Origin: Thermoleophilia bacterium | GTDB taxonomy: Bacteria > Actinomycetota > Thermoleophilia > Miltoncostaeales > Miltoncostaeaceae | NCBI GenBank assembly: GCA_017882545.1 | Contig: JADGPG010000055.1 | Coordinates: 860-64,859 of the forward strand | Reading direction: 5' to 3' | DNA: 64,000 nucleotides | Part shown: positions 7,872 through 15,655 of the stretch, piece after piece | Layout of the letters: every line of letters starts with the position of its first letter | Numbering within the stretch: position 1 is the first letter of the stretch | Translations under genes and position numbers: made by a program | Notes under the pieces: generated by a model | What the model saw: the letters and a program-made list of their open reading frames with translations, nothing else | Database searches by the model: none | Told to the model about the DNA's origin: nothing

Positions 7872-9053
7872 GTGGCGGACACTACATCCCGCAAACGCGA
7901 GGGTATCCGCGTCAGGCACCGGAGCGGATGCAAGGCGCCGGCGGGACGCTGAACCTGCTCGCCCGCCTACGAGGCGCACGTCTTCGACAGCCTCACGCAG
8001 AAGAAACTGCGCCGCACCTTCCCTACCCTGGCCGCGGCGAAGTCGTGGCGCGCGGACGCGGCGACCCAAGTCAGGAAGGGCACGCGACGGGGGCCATCCG
8101 GGACCACGTTGCATCAGGCCGCCGAACAGTGGCTCGAGGACGCCCGCGCAGGTGTCATCAAGAACCGATCAGGCGAGCGTTACAAGCCCTCGGTGCTCGG
8201 GTCCTATGAACTGAGTCTGCGCGCGCGCGTCCTGCCTGATCTGGGCGGCTACCGACTCGAGGACATCACGCGACCGATGCTCCAGGAGTTTGCCGACCGC
8301 ATGGTGCGGGAGGGATGTACCCCGTCGACGATCCGCAACACGCTCATGCCGCTTCGGGTGATCTACAAGCGCGCCGTGCATATGGAGATCGTCGGGACAA
8401 ACCCCGTGGTCGGGCTCGCCCTGCCGGCGATCCGAGGGCGTCGCGAACGCATCGCATCGCCCCCCGAGGCCCGGCAGCTGCTCGCCGCTCTCTCCCCCGC
8501 CGATCGGCCCATCCATGCGGCGGCGATCTACTCGGGCCTGCGATCCGGCGAGTTGCAGGCGGTCGCGTGGGATGACGTGGACCTGGCGACGGGCGTGATC
8601 CATGTCCGGCGCGCGTGGGACGCCAGAAACATGACCGACGTGGCGCCGAAATCACGTGCCGGGACGCGCAAGGTGCCCATCCTGGGTGTGGTTCGGGATG
8701 TCCTGATCGAACTCAAACTCGCAAGCGGTGGCGCCGGGCTCGTCTTCCCCGGCAAGTCGAAAGCGCATTTCGACCATTCCAGTCTGCGCCTGCGCGCGAT
8801 CACGGCATGGAAGGCGGCCGGCCTCGTCCCGATCGGGCTGCATGAGTGCCGCCACACCTTCGCGTCGTTGATGATCGCGGCCGGGGTCAATGCCAAGGCC
8901 CTGAGCGTCTATATGGGGCATGCCAACATCGCCACCACCTTCGATCTCTACGGGCACCTGATGCCCGGCGGTGAAGAGGAGGCCGCAGCCCTCGCCGATG
9001 CCTACCTCGAGCGCGCCAACACCGCCGCGAGACTGGCCGCGATCACGCCTTGA
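7872..9053 (+). pseudogene. int: tyrosine recombinase/phage-type integrase interrupted by an in-frame TGA (7950-7952)
   Basis: AAGGAGGG (7858-7865) then GTG 7872. VADTTSRKREGIRVRHRSGCKAPAGR-TGA-TCSPAYEAHVFDSLTQKKLRRTFPTLAAAKSWRADAATQVRKG...TTLHQAAEQWL runs in the same frame into the track ORF 8109-9053. That ORF carries the catalytic region (R..SGLRSGEL, LHECRHTFASLMIAAGV, MGHANIATTFDLYGHL). Confidence 0.7.
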
Positions 9054-9296
9054 CGGCGCAAACGGCGAGGGCTCGCTGCGGCGGGGCCAACCGGCTCCTG
9101 GCACCGCGCCGTGCACGTTCAGCAGGACGCTCTCGTCCGAGCGGCCACCGAGGCTGCCAGGTGTTGGATCGACGTCAATGCAGCCCCGGCGGATAGCTCG
9201 CCATCACCAGGTGTTGACATCTGATCCATATCGGTGGGAAGCTCGCGCCAATTCTCGAGATTCGTAAGTCTACTGCCGGATACTCGGAGGGCGGCG

Positions 9297-9968
9297 ATGA
9301 CCAGGTGGGATCGGATTGCCGCGAGCAGCGGCATCGTCGCGGTCGTCCTGATCGCGGTCGGATTCATCACAACCGGGGCCAGTCCCGGTTGGTCCGACTC
9401 GGGGACAACGATCGCCCACGACTATGCCAGCAACCGCAACAGTGGCCTGACGTCGGTGATCATCGTCGGGGTCGGGCTGATGGCGCTGATCTGGTTTGCC
9501 GCGACTCTCGGGTCGCTACTGCGTGCGAATGGCGAGGAGCGGCTCGGGTTCGTCGTAGTGGCCGGAGTGGCGACCTTCGTGTCAATCTTCGCGATCGCGG
9601 GGGTCGTACAGTGGACCTTGTTCTACGGGTCGGCGGGCGGCGATCCACTGCTTACCAAGGCCCTTTTTCAGATGCAGTCGCTGGCGTCGTCGCTTTCCTT
9701 CTTGCCGTTGGCCCTGATGGTGTTCGCATTTGCCGTCGCCACGGCGCGATCGAAGATCTTGCCGGTCTGGTCGGTCGCGATCAGTGGACTGGCGGCGCTG
9801 ATCATCGTTATCGATGTCGGCGCGGTTGCCCAATCCGGGTTCTTCTCGCCAAGCGGCGCGTACACCCTCTTAGCGGTCCTCGCGCTCGCCATCTGGCTCG
9901 TCGTAACCAGCATCCTTGTGATGAGGGGCCCGGGAGCGCGCGCCGAGGCCCCTGCAGCGACCAGCTGA
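9297..9968 (+). CDS. multi-pass membrane protein, function unknown (island cargo)
   Basis: 223 aa from ATG 9297 (GGAGGG upstream). About six hydrophobic segments. Confidence 0.6.
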   Translation: MTRWDRIAASSGIVAVVLIAVGFITTGASPGWSDSGTTIAHDYASNRNSGLTSVIIVGVGLMALIWFAATLGSLLRANGEERLGFVVVAGVATFVSIFAIAGVVQWTLFYGSAGGDPLLTKALFQMQSLASSLSFLPLALMVFAFAVATARSKILPVWSVAISGLAALIIVIDVGAVAQSGFFSPSGAYTLLAVLALAIWLVVTSILVMRGPGARAEAPAATS

Positions 9969-10110
9969 TCGAACTTCGCGACGGCACATGCGGATCGCCC
10001 TTGGCCCTTGGTGGCTGGGCGGACAATCGGGCGCGCCTGGCGACGTTGGGCGCGTGACACTGGCGCAACAACTGGCGCAAGCGGCGACAAATCCCTGCTC
10101 ACGGCGTTTC

Positions 10111-10255
10111 CGCGACGGTCTCAAACACCGTTGGGGGAAACCTCGTGGGGGTTCGACTCCCCCCGTCCCTACCATTTGAAAGCCCTGCTCACGCTGGGCT
10201 TTCGCATATCCGGGGCCAGTAGATGGCTTAGGCTCTTCGTCCGCTCATGACCGCT
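10111..10255 (+). repeat. attR-like direct repeat (displaced copy of tRNA-Leu 3' part, from the D-stem 3' strand to CCA, plus 81 nt)
   Basis: Same as 5278-5422. Weaker similarity continues about 90 nt further on both sides (for example GGGTCTACG at ~5476 and ~10327). Confidence 0.85.
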
Positions 10256-10568
10256 GGAGGCGGCCTGAGACGGTGCCCGACTGCCCCTGGACGCCACACC
10301 GAACCCGTACAAAGAGCAGGAGTCCGAACAGCCTGGGGTCTACGGGCCATCGGATTTACGAAATATCCCCCTACTTCAGCTGCCCGGTTCTGCGCCACGG
10401 CTGTCAGGGCGTGACTCAGCGACTCCGCTTGCTCAGCACTCTGCGCACGTCCAAAGTGCCCCGCATTCTGCTTCCTGCGGAGTGTCGCTCGGGGCCGTCC
10501 CGGACGTCACCCAACCCACCCCGACCCGATACTGAGCTCGATATGCACCAGCCGACCGCGGGGGGTCA

Positions 10569-11330
10569 GTGATGGCGGCACTCGACGGACGCGTGGCGAT
10601 CATAACGGGGGCGAGCGCCGGAATCGGACTCGCTGCCGCGAAGGCCATGGCCGCCCACGGGGCGGCTGTCCTGATCGCAGACATCGAGGACGAGCGCGGC
10701 GAGGAGGCCGCTGACGGGATTCGCCGATCGGGTGCGAAGGCGCACTTCATCCACACCGACGTCGCATCCGGACTCGACGTCGAGCGGATGGTGGAGACCG
10801 CGCTCGCTGAGTTTGGGCGACTCGATTGCGCCTTCAACAACGCAGGGATCGAGGGTGCGCAAGCCCTCCTGGCGGATGGAGGCGCGGATGACTGGGCCCG
10901 GGTGATCGACATCAACCTGACGGGCGTCTGGCGCTGCATGCGCGCCGAGATCCCGGCGATGCTCGATTCGGGCGCCGGGGCCATCGTCAATTGCGCGTCG
11001 GTCGCGGGGCTCGTGGGCTTCGCGGGTATCGCGCCGTACGTAGCGAGCAAGCACGGCATCGTGGGGATTACCAAGTCCGCAGCGCTTGACTACGCGACCG
11101 CTGGCATCCGCGTCAACGCCGTCTGCCCGGGGGTCATTCGTACGGAGATGATCGAGCGATTCACCCACGGCGATCCGACCGCTGAGGCGGGGCTCGTCGC
11201 GGCTGAACCGATTGGGCGACTCGGGGATCCAGACGAGATCGGAGCGGCCGTTGCGTGGCTCTGTTCGGATGACGCGTCGTTTGTGACCGGAGTGGCCTTT
11301 CCGGTCGACGGGGGCTTTGTGGCCCAGTAG
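10569..11330 (+). CDS. SDR-family oxidoreductase (short-chain dehydrogenase/reductase)
   Basis: 253 aa. TGASAGIG cofactor motif, NNAG, S...YVASKHG catalytic signature. Confidence 0.9.
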   Translation: MMAALDGRVAIITGASAGIGLAAAKAMAAHGAAVLIADIEDERGEEAADGIRRSGAKAHFIHTDVASGLDVERMVETALAEFGRLDCAFNNAGIEGAQALLADGGADDWARVIDINLTGVWRCMRAEIPAMLDSGAGAIVNCASVAGLVGFAGIAPYVASKHGIVGITKSAALDYATAGIRVNAVCPGVIRTEMIERFTHGDPTAEAGLVAAEPIGRLGDPDEIGAAVAWLCSDDASFVTGVAFPVDGGFVAQ

Positions 11331-11429
11331 GGGCGGATCGCGTGCCGCGCAGGATCCTGGCGAGGTGGTGTCGATGTTTCGCGCCCACCTGGCAGTGGTG
11401 GGACTGCCGCGTGCAAGTCGGCGCTTGGG

Positions 11430-11605
11430 CGTGTCGTCGGACAGATGGTCGGAGCGCCACCAGAGCTGCGTCGGGATTCTCCCGATAGCGGTCCTTCAGC
11501 GGTGCTCGCTTCGCACGCAGGCCGTCGGCGTTCGTGTTCCACCCCTTCGTGTCGGCCGGACTCGGCGACCCTCCCCAGGGTGCGACCTGCCGGTCAATGT
11601 CGAAA
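11430..11605 (-). pseudogene. possible OsmC-family N-terminal remnant
   Basis: The reverse frame reads FDIDRQVAPWGGSPSPADTKGWNTNADGLRAKRAPLKDRYRENPDAALVALRPS. The LR..RAPLKDRYRE.PDAA piece resembles the N-terminus of OsmC-like proteins as I remember them. The frame degenerates afterwards and runs into the SDR 3' end. Confidence 0.3.
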
Positions 11606-11919
11606 CGACGTCCGGGATCCCCGCGGCGCCGCGATGAACGGCGTGCAGGAGGTCGGTTTCCCTCACAGAACTCATGGGAAAACCCAAACTGTCCGATGTT
11701 TGGGTACCACCACCGGGTTATAGGTGGGGCCGCGATATGTTGTTTCGGAATCGAGATTCCATGGACCTTCGGACCCACGCAACGCATTCCACCGCAGCCG
11801 GAGCGGGATTGTTTCCGCGATACGGGGCAACCGTTGATGCCCGACTTCCCTCCGAATCGCGTACGGATGCGCACAGGACCGCGGTTCGCGTTGAGCTCGA
11901 GCCGCAGGTCTGGAGCAGC

Positions 11920-12489
11920 ATGCGGACGGCCGGGCACGAGGTGTTCTCCCGCCTGACCGCCGGACGAGCCCTCGCCGTGGCGATGGGCATCGATGGTGCC
12001 GTTGAATCGCTCGGCCAGCGCGCGCCGTGGGCGTGCTGGCTGCTGGCTGCACGGCGTCGCCTGGCGGAGTTGCCTCCGGCCAACGACTGCCAGCTTGTGC
12101 TGCCTGACGTTGTGGTCCCCGCCGACGATGCACTCATCGCGCAGGTCACGGGTCTCTGGCGCTTGATGGTGGTTCCGACCCCGATGGGCGACGACGCGAC
12201 CGGGTGGTCGTTTCTGGTTGCCCGGTGGGTGATCGCGCCGCTGCTCCCTCCCTCCAGGCCCGCGACGTTCACCGACTGGTTCCGGGTGCTGCTCGAGGGC
12301 GGTGAGCGCCGGCGGAGCGCGCGGGCGCAGGCCAGGATGGCGGTGACTGACGCCGCGGATACCGAGCGGCGTGCGGGCATGGGCCTCTGGGTGGAGTTGT
12401 GCCGGTCGCAGTTCATGCACCCGATGCAGATCATGGCGGTCGGGAACATCATTCGCGGCGAGACCGACGCCGCGATGACGCAACTCTAG
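11920..12489 (+). CDS. hypothetical protein
   Basis: Track ORF 11674-12489. GC3 becomes genome-like only after ~11900, and GGAG lies 6 nt before ATG 11920 (MRTAGHEVFSRLTAGRALAVAMG...). No family recognised. The start could be further upstream. Confidence 0.45.
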   Translation: MRTAGHEVFSRLTAGRALAVAMGIDGAVESLGQRAPWACWLLAARRRLAELPPANDCQLVLPDVVVPADDALIAQVTGLWRLMVVPTPMGDDATGWSFLVARWVIAPLLPPSRPATFTDWFRVLLEGGERRRSARAQARMAVTDAADTERRAGMGLWVELCRSQFMHPMQIMAVGNIIRGETDAAMTQL

Positions 12490-12995
12490 GCGGCCGTCCC
12501 GCGGGCGTCGCCTTCCGGTGCCGCAGGCCCGAAGGCCTTGGAAAATACGGCAGACCCGTGCGTCGCGAAGACGATCTGGTACCCGCGTCGGAGCCAGAAC
12601 GCGCGGGCGGCGGCCGCGCGCTGGTCGCTGGTTCCCACGTGCAGGCGGCAGTTGACGAACACCGCACCACGGAATCCCGCCGCTTGGAGCTGCGGTTCGA
12701 GGCGGTCGACCATGCGCCCCCCGAGGCCGCGCCGGCGCAGGGACGAGTCGACGACCATGTTCGACAGCTCGACCAGATCCGGTGAGAAGCGGCGACAGTA
12801 GATGAACGCGACGATCCCGGACTCCGAGGCGGCGATCACGGACGGCATCTGTGCAAGGCGGCGACGGATCCGATCCGGATTTGCGGGGCGATGATTCTCC
12901 CTGCGGATGAGGTCGATGATGCCCGGAACGTCGCCGGCCACGCCGCCGCGGAGAGTGATCCCGGCGGGGCCGGAGCCATCGTGTGGGATACCCAT
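12486..12995 (-). CDS. GNAT-family N-acetyltransferase
   Basis: 169 aa. VVDSSLRRRGLGGRMV acetyl-CoA-binding motif (R/Q-x-x-G-x-G/A). Confidence 0.8.
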   Translation of the reverse strand: MGIPHDGSGPAGITLRGGVAGDVPGIIDLIRRENHRPANPDRIRRRLAQMPSVIAASESGIVAFIYCRRFSPDLVELSNMVVDSSLRRRGLGGRMVDRLEPQLQAAGFRGAVFVNCRLHVGTSDQRAAAARAFWLRRGYQIVFATHGSAVFSKAFGPAAPEGDARGTAA

Positions 12996-13124
12996 ACCCC
13001 GAGCGTGCCAGATTCGACGGCCGACGCGGCGCTATCCGCCGTCGGCCCCATTGACGTGCAGGGGCCGGGAGGCCGGCGGCAAAGATGCCTGTGAACCGGT
13101 CTCCCGTCTGGAGGGCATACCCGA

Positions 13125-13823
13125 ATGACCTTTTCCTACTGGAAGCGCTGCGTCGCCGAGGCCCTCGGCACCTTCGGCTTCTTCTTTCTCGGCTTCGCCG
13201 GAATTGCGCTGTCGGTGACGCAGCCGACGGCGATCGGGTCGACGACCGTCGCGGTCGGATTCGGCCTCGGCCTCGCCCTGATGATCTTCGCGTTCGGCCA
13301 CATCTCCGGCGGCCACTTCAATCCCGCCGTCACGGTCGCGCTTGCGGTCGGGCGCCAGTTTCCTGCACGCGAGGTCGTCGGCTACTGGATCGCCCAGCTG
13401 GTGGGCGGCGCAGCCGCGGCGGCAACGGTGATTGCCACCTTCGGCGATGTTGTCAGTAGCCACCTTGTGGCCTCGCCGACGGCGACCACGAACGTCGCTC
13501 TGGTGCTCGAGATCATCGTCACCGCCATGTTCGTCATCGTCGTCAGCGCCGTCGCGACAGACCGTGCCCCCTGGAGTGGCGTGCAGGCACCGATCGCCAT
13601 CGGGGGATTCATCGCCACTGCCGCGATGATTATCGGGCCGGTGTCGGGTGGTGCCTTCAACCCCGCCCGCGCACTCGCCCCGGCACTGTTTACTTCGAAC
13701 GCGCCGGATCTGTGGATCTACATCGTCGGCCCATTCGCTGGCGGCATCATCGGTGGGCTCATCTACCTGATGATGCGCGCGACCGTGGGTTCCGGCGACG
13801 AAGAGGAGATGCGCGACCGCTAG
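13125..13823 (+). CDS. MIP-family channel (aquaporin/glycerol facilitator-like)
   Basis: 232 aa. Two NPA boxes (HISGGHFNPAVTVA and GGAFNPARALAP) and six hydrophobic segments. Confidence 0.9.
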   Translation: MTFSYWKRCVAEALGTFGFFFLGFAGIALSVTQPTAIGSTTVAVGFGLGLALMIFAFGHISGGHFNPAVTVALAVGRQFPAREVVGYWIAQLVGGAAAAATVIATFGDVVSSHLVASPTATTNVALVLEIIVTAMFVIVVSAVATDRAPWSGVQAPIAIGGFIATAAMIIGPVSGGAFNPARALAPALFTSNAPDLWIYIVGPFAGGIIGGLIYLMMRATVGSGDEEEMRDR

Positions 13824-13867
13824 CGCATACCAGGGGTGTTGCCGGTGGCGGCACCCCTGGTATGCGC
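13823..13867. terminator. perfect 16-bp inverted repeat filling the convergent gap (bidirectional terminator candidate)
   Basis: GCGCATACCAGGGGTG-N13-CACCCCTGGTATGCGC. The arms abut and overlap both stop codons (TAG 13821-13823 and, on the reverse strand, TAG 13869-13867). Confidence 0.55.
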
Positions 13868-14277
13868 TACTGCGCTGTCTCGAGCTGATCCCGCAGTTGC
13901 TCCAGCCCCCGTGTCATGACCGCCCGCAGCCGACCTTCGATGTCGTAGTCGGGGTCGTTGGAGGTCGCGGTTTGGCGCCATCCCACCACGCAGCCGTCCC
14001 CGTCGACGTCCACGCGGATCGTCGCTTTGTGGCTCGTGAGACCGGGAATCCCGGACAGCACCTCGTACGAGTACCGGTGGGAGACATCATCGCGGTCGAC
14101 GAGGCGCTCCACCAGCTCGGCGCCATTGCCCATCACGGCGTGGCGCTCGTCACCGATGATCGTCACCTCGACGACCGGGCCGAACCATTCGTTGACCCTG
14201 GCGGGGTCGCCGGCGAGCGCCCATGCCGCGGCGGCAGGCGCCCGGACAGGGACGGTCACCTCGAAATCGTTGGACAT
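13867..14277 (-). CDS. SRPBCC-family protein (polyketide cyclase/dehydrase-like fold)
   Basis: 136 aa from ATG 14277 (GAGGAG upstream). MSNDFEVTVPVRAPAAAAWALAGDPARVNEWFGP... is a typical SRPBCC N-terminus. The longer track ORF start lacks an SD. Confidence 0.7.
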   Translation of the reverse strand: MSNDFEVTVPVRAPAAAAWALAGDPARVNEWFGPVVEVTIIGDERHAVMGNGAELVERLVDRDDVSHRYSYEVLSGIPGLTSHKATIRVDVDGDGCVVGWRQTATSNDPDYDIEGRLRAVMTRGLEQLRDQLETAQ

Positions 14278-14329
14278 CGTCGCTCCTCGGGTCGATGCTC
14301 GAACCCTACGTCGCGAGTACGCTGGGCGC

Positions 14330-15163
14330 GTGCGACTCGGCGTCCATCTCCCCCAGTTTCGGCGGTCCACAAGCGGCGCTGAGATCGCCGCCTTTGCCCG
14401 CGCGGCGGAGAAGGCGTCGGTCGACGACCTGTGGGTGTCGGATCACATCGCCCTCTCCCCCGGCAGTCAGCGCCCGCCGGCTCGGTTCCACGATGCCCTG
14501 ACCGTACTGACGTGGGCGGCGGCGGCAACGACCACCTGCCGGCTTGGGACGAGCGTCCTGGTGGCGCCGTATCGGCATCCGGTGGCGATGGCCAAGTCGT
14601 TGGCGAGTCTGGACGCGCTCTCCGGAGGGCGTCTTGTGATGGGAGTCGCATCGGGCTGGCTCGAGCACGAGTTCGCGGTGCTCGGTGCCGACTTCGGGGC
14701 CCGCGGCCCCGCCACCGACGCCGCCATCGCCATCTGCCGACGGCTGTGGGGCGGCGGCACGTACGCGGGCGCAGGTGTCGACCCGCCGCCGGCGCAGGGG
14801 GCGGACGTTCCGGTGTGGGTCGGCGGCAACTCCGACGCGGGGATCCGGCGCGCGGCGCAGCTCGGGGACGGGTGGCACACGACCGCGTCCGATCCCAGCG
14901 CGCTCGGGCCGCGGTTGACGGTGCTCGATCGGGAGCTGGCCCGAGTCGGACGGGACCGCTCGGGGTTTGTGGTGTCGGTCCGCGTCCGTACCGACGCGGA
15001 CGGGTTCGCCTGCATGGCGCAGCGGCTCACGGACCTCGGAGTCGACCACGTGCTGGTCGATCATGCGGCCATCGTCCCGGACGATCTCGCTGGCGAGCTC
15101 GTCCGGCTTCGGGCACTCGCCGGGGACCCGGTCTCACGGCCTGCCCCCGACTCTCGCCGGTAG
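14330..15163 (+). CDS. luciferase-like (LLM class) flavin/F420-dependent oxidoreductase
   Basis: 277 aa from GTG 14330. VRLGVHLPQF...AEKASVDDLWVSDHIA...LGTSVLVAPYRHPVAMAKSLASLDALSGGRLVMGVASGW. The upstream part of track ORF 13958-15163 is antisense to the SRPBCC gene. Confidence 0.75.
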   Translation: MRLGVHLPQFRRSTSGAEIAAFARAAEKASVDDLWVSDHIALSPGSQRPPARFHDALTVLTWAAAATTTCRLGTSVLVAPYRHPVAMAKSLASLDALSGGRLVMGVASGWLEHEFAVLGADFGARGPATDAAIAICRRLWGGGTYAGAGVDPPPAQGADVPVWVGGNSDAGIRRAAQLGDGWHTTASDPSALGPRLTVLDRELARVGRDRSGFVVSVRVRTDADGFACMAQRLTDLGVDHVLVDHAAIVPDDLAGELVRLRALAGDPVSRPAPDSRR

Positions 15164-15172
15164 CCTTGTCCC

Positions 15173-15655
15173 ATGCGCCGGACCACGAGCTATCGACGTT
15201 CAATCGACATCGCGGCACCGCCGTCCGCGCTGTTTGCATTCCATCTCGACACGCGCAACGCGCCGCTCATCTCACCGGATGCGGCCAAATTTCTCGGCGT
15301 TGACGGGCAGTTCCCGGTTGAGGTCGGATCACGGGTGACTCTGCGCGTGCGGCAGCCGCCGATTCCATTTACTCAGACGTGGAAGATCCGGATCGCGGAA
15401 ATCGAGCACGACCGGCGGGTGGTCGACGTAGCGGAGAAATCGCCATTCGCCTTCTGGCGCCACGAGCACCGGTTCGCCCCGCTCCCTGGCGGAGGAACAC
15501 GGATGACCGATGACGTGACCTATGCATTGCCGCTGGGGCCCGTCGGGAGGATGGCCGATCGCTTGGTGGGACGCCGCCAGCTGGAGCGGATGTTCTCCGA
15601 GCGGCAGGCAAAGACCAAGGCGCTGTTCGAGGGCCCCGCCGCCCCGCAGAAATGA
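15173..15655 (+). CDS. SRPBCC-family ligand-binding protein
   Basis: 160 aa. ...IDIAAPPSALFAFHLDTRNAPLISP...FWRHEHRFAPLPGGGTRMTDDVTYALPLGPVG pattern. Confidence 0.65.
   Translation: MRRTTSYRRSIDIAAPPSALFAFHLDTRNAPLISPDAAKFLGVDGQFPVEVGSRVTLRVRQPPIPFTQTWKIRIAEIEHDRRVVDVAEKSPFAFWRHEHRFAPLPGGGTRMTDDVTYALPLGPVGRMADRLVGRRQLERMFSERQAKTKALFEGPAAPQK

Larger units (their letters stand above)
5278..10255. mobile_element. decayed composite integrative island inserted at the 3' end of tRNA-Leu(CAA)
   Basis: Flanked by 145-bp direct repeats covering the tRNA 3' 64 nt plus 81 nt downstream. Contains xis-like and tyrosine integrase genes plus recombinase remnants. G+C and GC3 look lower than the flanks by eye. 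Confidence 0.8.

Noticed and set aside
7950-7952. The in-frame TGA in the integrase as a selenocysteine or programmed read-through codon
   Set aside because: I could not fold a convincing SECIS-like stem-loop in the ~40 nt downstream (only 4-bp stems). An integrase is an implausible selenoprotein, so a nonsense mutation is far more likely. I kept it as a pseudogene call.
10419-10488. Imperfect long-range inverted repeat GCGACTCCGC ... GCGGAGTGTCGC, ~80 nt upstream of the SDR gene, as a riboswitch/sRNA
   Set aside because: The stem is imperfect (a 2-nt insertion), encloses no recognisable motif, and lies in attR-flanking DNA that is partly homologous to 5423-5500. The evidence for a functional RNA is insufficient.
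11790-11870. c-di-AMP (ydaO-type) riboswitch-like motifs (ACGGGGCAACC ... CCGAATCGCGTA)
   Set aside because: Only two short motif look-alikes are present. The conserved CAGCTAACC..GTAAGCG half and the pseudo-symmetric helices are absent.
11161-12483. 440-aa minus-strand ORF
   Set aside because: It has a junk-like Arg/His/Pro-rich translation and overlaps the SDR 3' end and the better-scoring plus-strand ORF. Only a short internal stretch (11430-11605) looks like a gene remnant.
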